A stretch of DNA of 64,000 nt from Escherichia coli (GCF_003991155.1 NZ_CP031294.1); one strand, 5' to 3'; counted from the first letter of the stretch, positions 30,491-43,774 are shown. Translations and numbers: made by a program. Notes: generated by a model not told the origin, from the letters alone.

Positions 30491-31225
30491 TTACTTAGTT
30501 TTGTTTAGCAGAGAGAGAATTTCATCACTAATTTCACTCGCCTGTTTGATAGCCAATGCAGTTACCTCTTCTATGGTTGGTGACTGTTGATGCTCATATT
30601 TGGTTTCGGTTATGACAATGTGTTCTTCACCAGAATTTGCGCATAGTGCCGCATTGACGATAAGGTTTGAGTAAGAATTTAGCAGAGCACTGTTGATGAA
30701 CGCTTTCACGGTATTACTGTCTGCACCAAATACATCTTTTCTGACCGCTTCAGCCTCACAGCGAACCCCTGCAGCAACATCGTGAAGAACATGTATGGCC
30801 TTGGAGCTTGTTTGTTCACAGTACTCAATCATTATTGTCGAATTGTTCTGTTCAACAAACGATCTGATGCCTGACGATTTACCCATAGCATCGAAGGCAG
30901 CGTGACCCGCACTAGTAGAGATATCTTCATAGAGTTCTTCATCGCTATCTTTTTCTTCAGGTGTCGAGGTGTCTTCATCGTCGTAATAGATATTGCCTTT
31001 AATCAGTGTCTTGGACACTTGATATAAACAATAAGAAACGAGATTTAAGCATTGGATTTTAGCTGTATTGTCCTTTGTCGCCTCGCTATTCAGTTCTTTC
31101 GCTTCTTCAGTAAGGCTGTTGATAAGACTTTGTATTTTTTCCAACGCGTTAGGTGCACACTCCGCGTTGTCCATAAAGAATTTATAACCAGTCCCAGGGA
31201 TTTCTAAACTTTTCAACTTTTTCAT
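30491..31225 (-). CDS. hypothetical protein (AT-rich gene)
   Basis: 244-aa ORF with ATG start; AT-rich composition distinct from neighbours. Confidence 0.45.
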   Translation of the reverse strand: MKKLKSLEIPGTGYKFFMDNAECAPNALEKIQSLINSLTEEAKELNSEATKDNTAKIQCLNLVSYCLYQVSKTLIKGNIYYDDEDTSTPEEKDSDEELYEDISTSAGHAAFDAMGKSSGIRSFVEQNNSTIMIEYCEQTSSKAIHVLHDVAAGVRCEAEAVRKDVFGADSNTVKAFINSALLNSYSNLIVNAALCANSGEEHIVITETKYEHQQSPTIEEVTALAIKQASEISDEILSLLNKTK

Positions 31226-31270
31226 TTCTTTGATAATCCTAAAAACAAACTACCAATGCTTTAATATCTG

Positions 31271-31570
31271 TTACCAGTTCCAGCACTCAAGCCCTTCAAC
31301 GACCGGCGCACCACAATCAAAATGTACAGAGTCAAAGCCTACATCAAGTACTTTCTGAATGTTAGCAATCGCGCCTTCGGATATACCATATCGACGCAAG
31401 TCCTCTTTCCAGACATCATCCTGTAACCCAGCGTGGACAATACAACCGCCGTCAATTTGTGAAACCCAATCCAGCTCATTGCTTGCGATCATGAATCGGC
31501 GAGCATCTTCCTCTGATGTATGAGATGAGCTGATCAATGCCACCTGGTAGGCTTGGGTAATGTTCAACAT
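31271..31570 (-). CDS. hypothetical early protein
   Basis: 99 aa, GGAG RBS, motif-A leader at 31583-31617. Confidence 0.45.
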   Translation of the reverse strand: MLNITQAYQVALISSSHTSEEDARRFMIASNELDWVSQIDGGCIVHAGLQDDVWKEDLRRYGISEGAIANIQKVLDVGFDSVHFDCGAPVVEGLECWNW

Positions 31571-31685
31571 TTCAACAACTCCGAAACAATTTGTTTTCTT
31601 ATGTGGCTTATTATCTCAATCAACAAAAGGTAGAAAACAAATTGTTTTAGGGTTTGTTAAAGTCAGAAGGGGTTGTGTCTATATG

Positions 31686-31716
31686 AAAATGCCCAGCGTG
31701 TTGCCGGGCATTGCGA
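31686..31716 (-). terminator. metG rho-independent terminator (candidate)
   Basis: On minus strand gcccggcaacacgctgggca hairpin followed by tttt, just after metG stop. Confidence 0.5.
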
Positions 31717-31731
31717 ACAGAGGTTGTTTAA

Positions 31732-33765
31732 TTACTTAACCTGGTGGCCTGGTTTAGCACCAGCATCCGGGCTTAACAGGAAGATATCTTTCCCGCCGGG
31801 GCCAGCAGCCATCACCATGCCTTCGGAGATACCGAAGCGCATTTTACGCGGAGCCAGGTTAGCCACCATAATGGTGTGACGACCAATCAGTGCCTGTGGG
31901 TCTGGATAAGCAGAACGGATGCCTGAGAAGACATTACGCTTTTCACCACCGAGATCCAGTGTCAGACGCAGCAGTTTGTCAGAACCTTCGACAAACTCCG
32001 CGTTTTCAATCAGCGCCACACGCAGGTCAACTTTGGCGAAGTCGTCAAAGGTGATGGTTTCCTGAATCGGGTCGTCAGCCAGTGGGCCAGTTACCGGTGC
32101 AGCTGTGGCTTTCACTTCTTCTTTGGATGCTTCCACCAGTGCTTCCACCTGTTTCATATCGATACGGTTATACAATGCCTTGAACGGATTCACTTTATGG
32201 CCCAGCAGCGGTTGCTGGATACCATCCCAGGTCAGTTCTGTATTCAGGAATGCTTCTGCACGTTCAGTCAGTTTCGGCAGTACCGGTTTCAAGTACGTCA
32301 TCAGCACGCGGAACAGGTTAATGCCCATAGAGCAAATCGCCTGCAGATCGGCATCGCGTCCTTCCTGCTTCGCCACCACCCACGGAGCCTGTTCATCGAC
32401 ATATCGGTTAGCCAGGTCAGCCAATGCCATGATTTCACGGATAGCTTTACCAAATTCGCGGCTTTCCCATGCTTCGCCAATCACTTCAGCGGCATCAGTA
32501 AAGGTTTTGTACAGTTGCGGGTCAGCCAGTTCGCTTGCCAGCACGCCGTCAAAACGCTTGTTGATAAAGCCTGCATTACGGGAGGCCAGGTTAACCACTT
32601 TGTTCACGATATCGGCATTCACGCGCTGAACGAAATCCTCCAGGTTGAGATCGATATCATCAATGCGCGAAGAGAGTTTCGCAGTGTAGTAGTAACGCAG
32701 GCTGTCGGCGTCAAAATGATTCAGCCAGGTGCTGGCTTTAATAAAGGTGCCGCGAGACTTGGACATCTTCGCGCCGTTCACCGTCACATAGCCGTGAACA
32801 AACAGGTTGGTCGGCTTGCGGAAGTTGCTGCCTTCCAGCATGGCAGGCCAGAACAGGCTGTGGAAGTAAACAATATCTTTACCGATGAAGTGGTACAGCT
32901 CGGCTGTGGAGTCTTTCTTCCAGTATTCATCGAAGCTGGTGGTATCGCCGCGCTTGTCGCACAGATTCTTGAAGGAACCCATGTAGCCAATCGGCGCGTC
33001 CAGCCAGACGTAGAAATATTTGCCCGGCGCGTTCGGAATTTCAAAACCGAAGTAAGGCGCATCGCGGGAGATATCCCACTGTTGCAGGCCGGATTCAAAC
33101 CACTCCTGCATTTTGTTCGCCACCTGCTCCTGCAACGCACCGCTGCGGGTCCATGCCTGCAACATTTCGCTGAAAGAGGGCAGATCAAAGAAGAAGTGTT
33201 CGGAATCACGCATTACCGGGGTAGCGCCAGAAACCACCGATTTCGGCTCGATCAATTCAGTCGGGCTATATGTTGCGCCGCAGACTTCACAGTTATCGCC
33301 GTATTGATCTGGCGCTTTACATTTCGGGCAGGTGCCTTTCACAAAACGATCCGGCAGGAACATGCCTTTTTCCGGGTCGTACAACTGAGAGATAGTGCGG
33401 TTTTTAATAAAACCGTTCTCTTTCAGGCGAGTATAGATAAGCTCAGACAGCTGGCGGTTCTCTTCGCTGTGCGTCGAGTGATAGTTGTCATAGCTGATGT
33501 TAAAGCCTGCGAAATCAGTCTGGTGTTCCTGACTCATTTCGCCAATCATCTGCTCCGGTGTGATACCAAGCTGCTGTGCTTTCAGCATGATCGGCGTACC
33601 GTGGGCATCGTCGGCACAGATGAAATTAACCTCGTGGCCGCGCATTCGCTGGTAACGAACCCAGACATCAGCCTGGATGTGCTCCAGCATATGGCCGAGG
33701 TGGATTGAGCCGTTAGCGTACGGCAGCGCGCACGTCACCAGAATTTTCTTCGCGACTTGGGTCAT
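31732..33765 (-). CDS. metG: methionyl-tRNA synthetase
   Basis: 677-aa product [29 protein letters not shown]... recalled as essentially E. coli MetG (HIGH motif, KMSKS, C-terminal tRNA-binding domain); start at ATG 33763-33765, ORF-track upstream extension rejected. Confidence 0.97.
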   Translation of the reverse strand: MTQVAKKILVTCALPYANGSIHLGHMLEHIQADVWVRYQRMRGHEVNFICADDAHGTPIMLKAQQLGITPEQMIGEMSQEHQTDFAGFNISYDNYHSTHSEENRQLSELIYTRLKENGFIKNRTISQLYDPEKGMFLPDRFVKGTCPKCKAPDQYGDNCEVCGATYSPTELIEPKSVVSGATPVMRDSEHFFFDLPSFSEMLQAWTRSGALQEQVANKMQEWFESGLQQWDISRDAPYFGFEIPNAPGKYFYVWLDAPIGYMGSFKNLCDKRGDTTSFDEYWKKDSTAELYHFIGKDIVYFHSLFWPAMLEGSNFRKPTNLFVHGYVTVNGAKMSKSRGTFIKASTWLNHFDADSLRYYYTAKLSSRIDDIDLNLEDFVQRVNADIVNKVVNLASRNAGFINKRFDGVLASELADPQLYKTFTDAAEVIGEAWESREFGKAIREIMALADLANRYVDEQAPWVVAKQEGRDADLQAICSMGINLFRVLMTYLKPVLPKLTERAEAFLNTELTWDGIQQPLLGHKVNPFKALYNRIDMKQVEALVEASKEEVKATAAPVTGPLADDPIQETITFDDFAKVDLRVALIENAEFVEGSDKLLRLTLDLGGEKRNVFSGIRSAYPDPQALIGRHTIMVANLAPRKMRFGISEGMVMAAGPGGKDIFLLSPDAGAKPGHQVK

Positions 33766-33922
33766 AGTAGGCATTACTTCTTTGTAGTGAAAAGGGGCTT
33801 GATAGTAACAAAATGGCCTTATGTCTGCCATGTGATAACAGCATTTCTCATAAATGATTAAATGTCGTAGCTGGAGTACACTACAAGGCGACAATTGCGC
33901 AAATTAAAATAAAGGAGACGGG

Positions 33923-35023
33923 ATGAGCGAGTCCAAATCGCCGGATGCCCTGAGAGCAATGGTAGCCGGTACGCTGGCTAATTTTCAGCACCCAACCCTG
34001 AAACACAACCTGACTACGCTTAAAGCGTTACACCATGTTGCGTTGATGGATGACACACTGCATGTCGAACTAATCATGCCTTTCGTGTGGAATAAGCCTT
34101 TTGAAGACCTGAAAGAGCAATGTAGTGGTGATCTGCTCCGTATCACTGGCGCAAAGGCTATTGACTGGAAGCTGTCGTACAACATTGCCACGCTTAAGCG
34201 CGTCAAAAACCAACCAGGCATTAATGGCGTTAAGAACATTATCGCCGTCAGCTCAGGCAAGGGCGGCGTGGGTAAATCCTCCACGGCGGTAAACCTGGCA
34301 CTGGCGTTGGCTGCTGAAGGTGCGAAAGTTGGTATTTTGGATGCCGATATCTATGGTCCATCAATTCCAACCATGCTGGGCGCGGAAAACCAACGTCCAA
34401 CCTCACCTGACGGTACTCACATGGCACCTATCATGTCTCATGGCCTGGCAACCAACTCTATTGGTTATCTGGTCACCGACGACAATGCAATGGTGTGGCG
34501 TGGACCGATGGCCAGCAAGGCGCTGATGCAGATGTTGCAGGAAACTCTATGGCCTGATCTGGACTATCTCGTTCTCGATATGCCGCCGGGCACTGGTGAT
34601 ATTCAGTTGACGCTGGCGCAGAACATTCCTGTAACTGGTGCGGTTGTGGTAACTACGCCGCAAGACATCGCGCTGATCGATGCGAAGAAAGGCATTGTGA
34701 TGTTCGAAAAAGTCGAAGTGCCGGTACTGGGTATCGTCGAAAACATGAGTGTGCATATTTGCAGTAACTGCGGTCATCACGAGCCAATTTTTGGCACCGG
34801 TGGCGCACAGAAACTGGCCGAGAAATACAACACGCAGTTGTTAGGCCAAATGCCACTTCATATCTCTCTTCGTGAAGATCTGGATAACGGAACACCAACC
34901 GTTATTAGTCGTCCAGATAGCGAATTTACGGCTATTTATCGTGACCTCGCAGATCGCGTTGCCGCCCAAATGTATTGGCAAGGTGAAGTAATACCTGGCG
35001 AAATCGCATTCCGCGCAGTGTGA
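33923..35023 (+). CDS. apbC: Fe-S cluster carrier ATPase ApbC/Mrp
   Basis: 366 aa; P-loop SSGKGGVGKSSTAVNLALALA; CxxC motif ICSNCGHHEP; divergent from metG as in Escherichia chromosome. Confidence 0.95.
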   Translation: MSESKSPDALRAMVAGTLANFQHPTLKHNLTTLKALHHVALMDDTLHVELIMPFVWNKPFEDLKEQCSGDLLRITGAKAIDWKLSYNIATLKRVKNQPGINGVKNIIAVSSGKGGVGKSSTAVNLALALAAEGAKVGILDADIYGPSIPTMLGAENQRPTSPDGTHMAPIMSHGLATNSIGYLVTDDNAMVWRGPMASKALMQMLQETLWPDLDYLVLDMPPGTGDIQLTLAQNIPVTGAVVVTTPQDIALIDAKKGIVMFEKVEVPVLGIVENMSVHICSNCGHHEPIFGTGGAQKLAEKYNTQLLGQMPLHISLREDLDNGTPTVISRPDSEFTAIYRDLADRVAAQMYWQGEVIPGEIAFRAV

Positions 35024-35059
35024 TAAAAGGCGGTGCATTGCACCGCCTAATCAGTTCTC

Positions 35060-35449
35060 CTACATCACGGGACAATCATCAAACTCGCCACTTCTTGCGT
35101 CGTTGATAATGTGAGTGATCACACCAAACACGGCATTGCTGCCCGTGCATCCATCGTCATCCTTTGGCAATGCTTCCTTCTTACCGGTTCTTAAATCCTC
35201 CAGATGCTGACGTGGGTACTTCCGGTATCTTTTTACGCGATATTCCCCATCCAGAGCGCATACAAGCAGAGAACCATCAACCGGGGTAAGTGAGGAATCG
35301 ACCACCAGCAATGCACCCTGTAATATTCCCTCACGATGATGACTATCAGCTGCCCTCATGAAGTAGGTCGCTGAAGGATGTCTAATTATCTGCTGATCAA
35401 GAGAAATACGGCTCTCAGCATAATCCGCCGCAGGAGAAGGGAAGCCCAT
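35060..35449 (-). CDS. UmuD/ImpA-like S24 peptidase (translesion synthesis accessory), orphan
   Basis: FPSPAADYAE...HPSATYFMRA...VDGEYRVKRY...AVFGVITHII aligns with UmuD; no umuC-like gene follows. Confidence 0.7.
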   Translation of the reverse strand: MGFPSPAADYAESRISLDQQIIRHPSATYFMRAADSHHREGILQGALLVVDSSLTPVDGSLLVCALDGEYRVKRYRKYPRQHLEDLRTGKKEALPKDDDGCTGSNAVFGVITHIINDARSGEFDDCPVM

Positions 35450-35467
35450 AGCGTTTTCACCTCAGAG

Positions 35468-35487
35468 TACTGTTTATCCATACAGTA
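35468..35487. promoter_or_regulatory. LexA (SOS) box
   Basis: tactgtttatccatacagta = CTGT-N8-ACAG palindrome, 19 bp upstream of umuD-like start. Confidence 0.7.
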
Positions 35488-35547
35488 TACATTAAAGATG
35501 CTTGAAGTGTGCAATAGCGCGATGCTTTGCGCTCGTCTGGTGGCGCG

Positions 35548-35799
35548 TTATTTTTTGGCTATATCTTCTTTCTGATATACCGGATCGTTTCCTTTTGGCA
35601 GCAGGAGGCTTAACTGCCGGTAGTGCCGTAGCCGTTCCATGAAATAGGTGCGCAGGTTCTCAGGTTGCTCACGGGCTACCTGTTCCGCTATGACGGGTAT
35701 GTTCAATCGCTCTTTGTAGGCAACCCCCCTGGCAGCCAGGTCAACGTTAACTTTATTCCTTTCTTCCTGGCTTTTGGCTGCTATGTTCCAGTTGCTCAT
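35548..35799 (-). CDS. small hypothetical protein upstream of umuD-like gene
   Basis: 83-aa ORF; no confident family assignment. Confidence 0.35.
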   Translation of the reverse strand: MSNWNIAAKSQEERNKVNVDLAARGVAYKERLNIPVIAEQVAREQPENLRTYFMERLRHYRQLSLLLPKGNDPVYQKEDIAKK

Positions 35800-36151
35800 G
35801 TTTAAGGCTCACATTTCCAGATGGTATTCTGAACACCCGTACCAGGCGCAAGATGAGGGTTAGCGTTCGCGCTATGCAGATATACAGCTTTAGACTTTCC
35901 GTATTGCTGACAGGCTTTATCTGCGTTTTTTGGCAGGCTATCCAAGCCAATACCAGCCATCGAACTGGATGCTAACCTTTTCACCGTCATTGTATTGCAC
36001 CATCGCACACCCAGACATAGCTAAAATCGCACCGACAATACCGCTTTTCCAAAAAGCTCTAATTAGGTCATTCGTTACCTAATGTCCGAACTGCTAAAGC
36101 ATCCAAGTTGCTGTAGAATCACATCCAATTACTTAAACCTGAAATAAGTGG

Positions 36152-37710
36152 ATGAAAATGACAAGTATTCAACAACGTGCAGAGCTTCATCGCCAGATCT
36201 GGCAAATTGCTAACGATGTCAGGGGTTCAGTCGATGGATGGGATTTTAAGCAGTACGTTTTGGGCGCGCTTTTTTACCGTTTTATCAGCGAAAATTTTTC
36301 CAGTTATATTGAAGCCGGTGATGACAGTATCTGTTATGCGAAACTGGATGACAGCGTAATTACTGATGACATTAAAGACGATGCCATCAAAACTAAAGGC
36401 TACTTCATCTACCCCAGTCAGCTTTTCTGCAACGTAGCTGCGAAAGCAAATACTAATGACAGACTGAATGCAGATTTAAACAGCATCTTCGTTGCTATCG
36501 AAAGTTCTGCTTACGGTTATCCTTCAGAAGCTGACATCAAAGGTTTGTTTGCTGATTTCGATACCACCAGTAACCGCCTGGGTAACACCGTTAAAGATAA
36601 AAATGCCCGCTTGGCTGCGGTTCTGAAAGGGGTTGAAGGGCTAAAACTTGGTGACTTCCATGAACATCAGATTGACCTGTTCGGTGACGCCTATGAGTTC
36701 CTGATTTCTAACTATGCGGCGAATGCCGGTAAGTCCGGCGGCGAGTTCTTTACACCGCAGCACGTCTCTAAGCTGATTGCACAACTGGCTATGCACGGGC
36801 AGACCCACGTTAACAAAATCTACGACCCGGCAGCAGGCTCCGGTTCGCTGTTGTTGCAGGCGAAAAAACAGTTTGATGACCATATCATCGAAGAAGGTTT
36901 TTTTGGTCAGGAAATCAACCATACGACCTATAACCTGGCGCGTATGAACATGTTTTTGCACAACATCAACTACGACAAGTTTGATATCAAGCTGGGTAAT
37001 ACACTGACTGAGCCGCACTTCAGAGATGAAAAACCGTTTGATGCCATCGTTTCTAACCCGCCGTATTCGGTGAAATGGATTGGCAGCGATGACCCGACGC
37101 TGATTAACGATGAACGTTTTGCCCCGGCTGGCGTTCTGGCCCCCAAATCCAAAGCTGACTTTGCGTTTGTATTACATGCGCTGAACTATCTTTCGGCCAA
37201 AGGTCGCGCTGCGATTGTCTGCTTCCCAGGCATTTTTTACCGTGGCGGCGCGGAGCAGAAAATCCGTCAGTATCTGGTCGACAATAACTATGTCGAAACC
37301 GTGATTTCACTGGCACCGAATCTGTTCTTTGGCACCACTATTGCCGTCAATATTCTGGTGCTGTCTAAACATAAAACGGATACCAAAGTTCAGTTTATTG
37401 ATGCCAGCGAACTGTTCAAAAAAGAGACTAACAACAACATTCTGACCGATGCTCATATCGAACAGATTATGCAGGTATTTGCCAGCAAGGAAGATGTTGC
37501 TCATCTGGCGAAATCTGTTGCGTTTGAGACTGTTGTCGCGAATGACTATAACCTGTCGGTGAGCAGCTATGTGGAAGCGAAAGATACTCGCGAAATTATC
37601 GATATCGCTGAGCTGAATGCTGAGCTGAAAACCACGGTCAGCAAAATCGACCAGTTGCGTAAAGATATTGATGCGATTGTTGCTGAGATTGAAGGTAGCG
37701 AGGTACAGGC

Positions 37711-37714
<4 letters not shown>
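36152..37714 (+). CDS. hsdM: Type I restriction-modification methyltransferase subunit (Type IC, EcoR124 family)
   Basis: 520 aa; N-terminus [26 protein letters not shown] recalled as EcoR124-family HsdM; AdoMet motif [10 protein letters not shown]; NPPY catalytic motif. Confidence 0.95.
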
Positions 37715-38970
<1,256 letters not shown>

Positions 38971-39091
38971 TTGACCATTGCTACCGACCGGATCACCTTA
39001 ACATCCGGTCTATATAGAGACTATTTTTTACACGCCGGAAGTCGCCCTTAAAGCCCTTCCGGCCCTTGCCAGACGGCACAAAGGATGCGCT

Positions 39092-42000
39092 ATGACTCAT
39101 CAGACACACACCATTGCTGAATCCAATAACTTTATCGTTCTTGATAAGTACATCAAAGCCGAGCAAACAGGCGACAGCTACCAGAGCGAATCGGACCTGG
39201 AACGTGAACTGATTCAGGATCTGCGGAATCAGGGCTATGAATTTATTTCCGTAAAATCTCAGTCGGCGATGCTGGCCAACGTTCGGGAACAGCTTCAGAG
39301 CCTCAATGGTGTGATGTTTAATGACAGCGAGTGGCGGCGCTTCACGGAGCAGTATCTGGACAACCCCAGCGATGGTATTCTGGATAAAACCCGTAAAATC
39401 CATATCGACTATATCTGCGACTTTATTTTTGACGACGGGCGACTTGAGAACATCTATTTGATAGATAAAAAGAATCTCATGCGCAATAAGGTGCAGATTA
39501 TCCAGCAGTTTGAACAGACGGGTTCTCATGCTAACCGTTATGACGTCACGATCCTGGTTAATGGTTTACCGCTGGTGCAAATCGAACTAAAAAAACGCGG
39601 GGTGGCGATTCGTGAGGCTTTCAACCAGATACATCGTTACAGTAAAGAGAGTTTTAACAGCGAAAATTCCCTGTTTAAGTATCTGCAACTGTTTGTCATT
39701 TCTAACGGCACCGATACCCGTTATTTTGCCAACACGACAAAGCGCGATAAAAACAGTTTTGACTTCACCATGAATTGGGCGAAATCAGACAACACGCTGA
39801 TTAAAGACCTCAAAGACTTTACCGCTACCTTTTTCCAGAAACATACTCTGCTGAATGTTCTGGTGAACTACAGCGTTTTTGACAGTAGTCAGACGCTACT
39901 GGTGATGCGACCGTACCAGATTGCCGCCACCGAGCGCATTCTGTGGAAAATTAAGAGTTCCTTTACAGCGAAGAACTGGTCAAAACCGGAAAGCGGTGGG
40001 TATATCTGGCATACTACCGGTTCTGGTAAAACCCTCACCAGCTTTAAAGCCGCGCGTCTGGCAACAGAGCTGGACTTTATTGATAAAGTCTTCTTTGTGG
40101 TCGACAGGAAAGACCTCGATTACCAGACCATGAAGGAATATCAGCGTTTTTCGCCAGACAGCGTCAACGGCTCGGAAAATACCGCAGGCCTTAAACGAAA
40201 TCTGGATAAGGACGATAACAAAATTATCGTCACTACTATTCAGAAACTCAATAACCTGATGAAAGCAGAAAGCGACCTGCCTGTATATAATCAGCAAGTG
40301 GTGTTTATATTTGATGAATGCCACCGCAGCCAGTTTGGAGAAGCGCAGAAAAACCTGAAGAAGAAATTCAAACGCTATTATCAGTTTGGTTTTACCGGCA
40401 CCCCTATTTTCCCGGAAAACGCTTTAGGCTCAGAAACGACCGCCAGCGTATTTGGTCGTGAATTGCATTCGTATGTAATTACCGATGCGATTCGTGATGA
40501 AAAAGTGCTCAAATTCAAGGTGGACTACAACGATGTGCGGCCACAGTTTAAATCTTTAGAGACAGAAACCGACGAGAAAAAACTGAGTGCGGCTGAAAAT
40601 CAGCAGGCATTTCTTCATCCCATGCGTATACAGGAAATTACGCAATATATTCTGAATAACTTCCGCCAGAAGACCCACCGTACTTTCCCAGGTTCCAAAG
40701 GCTTTAATGCCATGCTGGCAGTGAGTAGCGTGGATGCCGCGAAAGCCTATTACGCGACGTTTAAACGGTTACAAGAGGAAGCAGCTAATAAATCGGCTAC
40801 CTATAAACCGCTGCGTGTTGCAACAATCTTCTCCTTTGCCGCCAATGAAGAACAAAATGCCATTGGTGAAATTTCCGATGAAACTTTTGATACCAGCGCA
40901 ATGGACAGCAGTGCTAAAGAGTTTCTTGACGCTGCAATTCGTGAGTATAACAGCTATTTTAAAACTAACTTCAGCACCGACAGTAACGGTTTTCAGAACT
41001 ACTATCGTGATTTAGCCCAACGGGTTAAAAATCAGGATATCGATCTGTTAATTGTCGTTGGGATGTTTTTAACCGGCTTCGACGCTCCAACATTGAACAC
41101 GCTATTCGTCGATAAAAACTTGCGTTTTCACGGCCTGATGCAGGCATTCTCCCGTACCAACCGCATTTATGACGCTACTAAAACCTTCGGTAACATCGTC
41201 ACTTTTCGGGATCTGGAACGCTCAACCATTGATGCCATAACGCTGTTTGGTGATAAAAATACTAAAAATGTGGTGTTAGAAAAGAGTTATGCTGAGTATA
41301 TGGAAGGCTTTACAGATGCTGCCACTGGTGAAGCTAAACGCGGCTTTATGGCAGTAGTTTCAGAACTGGAACAACGGTTCCCTGACCCTGCCAGTATTGA
41401 AAGTGAAAAACAGAAGAAAGACTTCGTAAAACTGTTTGGTGAATACCTGCGTGCCGAGAACATCCTGCAAAACTATGATGAATTTGCCACGCTGAAAGCC
41501 CTGCAACAAATCGATCTTAGCGATCCTGTTGCGGTAGAAAAATTCAAAGCAGAACATTATGTGGATGATGAAAAGTTCGCTGAATTGCAAACAATTCGTC
41601 TCCCTGCTGAACGCAAGATTCAGGATTATCGTTCTGCCTATAACGATATTCGCGACTGGCAGCGCCGTGAGAAAGAAGCTGAGAAAAAAGAGAAATCAAC
41701 CACTGACTGGGATGACGTAGTTTTTGAGGTCGATTTGCTGAAGTCTCAGGAAATAAACCTGGATTATATCCTTGGACTGATTTTCGAACACAACAGACAA
41801 AATAAAGGCAAGGGCGAAATGATCGAAGAGGTCAAACGCTTAATTCGTTCAAGCCTGGGGAACCGGGCGAAAGAGGGCCTGGTGGTCGATTTTATTCAGC
41901 AAACGAACCTGGATGATTTACCAGACAAAGCCAGTATCATTGAGGCATTCTTTACGTTTGCTCAACGCGAACAGCAACGTGAAGCAGAAGCATTGATAAA

Positions 42001-42208
42001 AGAAGAAAATCTCAATGAAGAGGCGGCGAAACGCTATATTCGCACGTCTTTAAAACGCGAATACGCCACCGAAAATGGCACAGAATTAAACGAGACATTA
42101 CCAAAACTTAGTCCGTTAAACCCGCAATATAAAACGAAAAAACAGACCGTTTTCCAGAAAATCGTCACGTTTATTGAAAAGTTCAAAGGAGTAGGTGGGC
42201 AGATATAG
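39092..42208 (+). CDS. hsdR: Type I R-M restriction endonuclease/translocase subunit
   Basis: 1038 aa, same length as EcoR124I HsdR; SF2 helicase motifs (GSGKT, FDECH), N-terminal nuclease region. Confidence 0.95.
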   Translation: MTHQTHTIAESNNFIVLDKYIKAEQTGDSYQSESDLERELIQDLRNQGYEFISVKSQSAMLANVREQLQSLNGVMFNDSEWRRFTEQYLDNPSDGILDKTRKIHIDYICDFIFDDGRLENIYLIDKKNLMRNKVQIIQQFEQTGSHANRYDVTILVNGLPLVQIELKKRGVAIREAFNQIHRYSKESFNSENSLFKYLQLFVISNGTDTRYFANTTKRDKNSFDFTMNWAKSDNTLIKDLKDFTATFFQKHTLLNVLVNYSVFDSSQTLLVMRPYQIAATERILWKIKSSFTAKNWSKPESGGYIWHTTGSGKTLTSFKAARLATELDFIDKVFFVVDRKDLDYQTMKEYQRFSPDSVNGSENTAGLKRNLDKDDNKIIVTTIQKLNNLMKAESDLPVYNQQVVFIFDECHRSQFGEAQKNLKKKFKRYYQFGFTGTPIFPENALGSETTASVFGRELHSYVITDAIRDEKVLKFKVDYNDVRPQFKSLETETDEKKLSAAENQQAFLHPMRIQEITQYILNNFRQKTHRTFPGSKGFNAMLAVSSVDAAKAYYATFKRLQEEAANKSATYKPLRVATIFSFAANEEQNAIGEISDETFDTSAMDSSAKEFLDAAIREYNSYFKTNFSTDSNGFQNYYRDLAQRVKNQDIDLLIVVGMFLTGFDAPTLNTLFVDKNLRFHGLMQAFSRTNRIYDATKTFGNIVTFRDLERSTIDAITLFGDKNTKNVVLEKSYAEYMEGFTDAATGEAKRGFMAVVSELEQRFPDPASIESEKQKKDFVKLFGEYLRAENILQNYDEFATLKALQQIDLSDPVAVEKFKAEHYVDDEKFAELQTIRLPAERKIQDYRSAYNDIRDWQRREKEAEKKEKSTTDWDDVVFEVDLLKSQEINLDYILGLIFEHNRQNKGKGEMIEEVKRLIRSSLGNRAKEGLVVDFIQQTNLDDLPDKASIIEAFFTFAQREQQREAEALIKEENLNEEAAKRYIRTSLKREYATENGTELNETLPKLSPLNPQYKTKKQTVFQKIVTFIEKFKGVGGQI

Positions 42209-42266
42209 TGTATTAATCTGAACCAGATCTGGCAGACATCTGTGCAAATTGCAGATAGCTGTCAGA

Positions 42267-42677
42267 TCAAACCATCGTAGGGATGTTTGTATCCACTTTG
42301 AACTCAGGTACACCAACGAACTCTTTAACCTTCATCTGGTAGCCGGTTCTGTCAGTTTTGATGACTTCCTGTTTGCCCTCTATAAACTGCTCACGCCACT
42401 CGTCGCGACGGGAAGCTGGCATGATCAGCAAAACGTTAGTCATATCCGTGACCTTCCTCCAGTACTCGGCCCAAATATTCTGTTTCACCCATTCCAGATC
42501 GACTTTATCCAGCCAAGCTCGATTCAAACGTGAGCGTTCTTCATCTGGTCGATGGTTTAGTCTCAGCAGGCGATTAATCATGTTGTGGCGTTCGTCGCCA
42601 TAAACGAAGTCGTGTACCTGATACATGAAGGCGATCTCTTTCTCGCACTCGGCCACGATTTCGTGGATGACATTCAT
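42267..42677 (-). CDS. hypothetical protein convergent with hsdR
   Basis: 136-aa ORF with AGGA RBS; no family recognised. Confidence 0.4.
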   Translation of the reverse strand: MNVIHEIVAECEKEIAFMYQVHDFVYGDERHNMINRLLRLNHRPDEERSRLNRAWLDKVDLEWVKQNIWAEYWRKVTDMTNVLLIMPASRRDEWREQFIEGKQEVIKTDRTGYQMKVKEFVGVPEFKVDTNIPTMV

Positions 42678-42681
42678 TTCC

Positions 42682-42712
42682 TGCCGATAGTCGATAGTCG
42701 ATAGTCGATAGC
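42682..42712. repeat. 7-bp tandem repeat (gatagtc/ctatcga x4) immediately upstream of RBS of 42267..42677
   Basis: ccgatagtcgatagtcgatagtcgatagc read directly. Confidence 0.85.
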
Positions 42713-42860
42713 AGCGTTTGAGTTGGGATCGTCGATGATGGAAAGGGCTGTATTCATAATAGCACCATTAAGAAGTGATTTGTTTAATGGTGCTATTATT
42801 TCAAAAATGAAAAGGTACTAAATAGAAATAAACAGGCAATCCTTCAAATAAAGGCATTGG

Positions 42861-43532
42861 CTAATCATACTTGGAGGTATTTATCACCAGAATTTTGTTT
42901 GTATAAATCTTCTTAATATCCCATGTGACATTACCGGAATACCATTGACCGTTATATACTTGGTTTCCAGTTGCACCTGTCATTGTTACATAGACAGGTC
43001 TGTCGTAATCGGTTCGTCTATAGTTATATACTCCAACCATAGCAGGCATTACCGCACATGGATACCCCATATCTATTGTAAATTGAGGGTCAGAAATAGT
43101 GATAAGTTTCGCATCAAGGGGCATCATCTCACCGTGATACACCATTGCGCCTGCGCTGTTATACATGGCAATGCCATAGCCAGAATGTGGTAACACCATA
43201 TCAGAAAAAGCATAAACTGTTATTGTTCCGGGGCTACCATTTACCTGATGCAATCTGAGAGCATTGTATCCGTTACTATGTTCATGAATAAACATCATGT
43301 TCGCCTTATTACTGCTTTTTATGAAAAAAAAACATGATTTGTTTGATGGGATTGATGTTTGAAAAACAGAACCTTTAGATGTAGACATTGTCCCTTTATT
43401 AATCAGATTTTGCGGAGTAAATTCAGGACTCATCCACAAACTTCCATCTGATTGAGTAATTGACATCCCGAACATAATTATCCCCAGTATGTGTATATGT
43501 AAGAACCAAGCCCCGTATATAAATTTGACCAA
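42861..43532 (-). CDS. Tyr/Asn/Gly-rich hypothetical protein (TTG start; possibly 3' part of a frameshifted gene)
   Basis: 223-aa ORF with TTG start, AT-rich; overlaps upstream 93-aa ORF in a different frame. Confidence 0.3.
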   Translation of the reverse strand: MVKFIYGAWFLHIHILGIIMFGMSITQSDGSLWMSPEFTPQNLINKGTMSTSKGSVFQTSIPSNKSCFFFIKSSNKANMMFIHEHSNGYNALRLHQVNGSPGTITVYAFSDMVLPHSGYGIAMYNSAGAMVYHGEMMPLDAKLITISDPQFTIDMGYPCAVMPAMVGVYNYRRTDYDRPVYVTMTGATGNQVYNGQWYSGNVTWDIKKIYTNKILVINTSKYD

Positions 43533-43759
43533 CTAACCGTATTTCCATTAATAGTAACATTTGGAACAGGTAAATTGATGTAGTTGTCGTTGTTAAGAGG
43601 CATTAATGACCACACGGCATGTAGTGATTTACCCGGTGGCGGATTAGAGTACGTCTTAGAGCCTGATGACGCCGTAAATCGATCAAGAAAAAAAATAGGT
43701 GTAAGGAAGCCAGTAACGTTAATTCCTTTATTGTTGTAAATCCCTGTACCGTATGCCAT
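43478..43759 (-). CDS. Tyr/Asn-rich hypothetical protein (possibly 5' part of same gene)
   Basis: 93 aa, ATG start with AAGGGTG RBS; similar composition to downstream ORF. Confidence 0.35.
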   Translation of the reverse strand: MAYGTGIYNNKGINVTGFLTPIFFLDRFTASSGSKTYSNPPPGKSLHAVWSLMPLNNDNYINLPVPNVTINGNTVSWSNLYTGLGSYIYTYWG

Positions 43760-43774
43760 TTTTCACCCTTGTTT

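Noticed and set aside
32105-33708. 503-aa and 174-aa plus-strand ORFs overlapping metG
   Set aside because: Antisense to a near-perfect MetG coding sequence; spurious.
35802-36008. 68-aa ORF between the umuD-like region and hsdM
   Set aside because: No RBS, lies in the divergent promoter region; probably non-coding.
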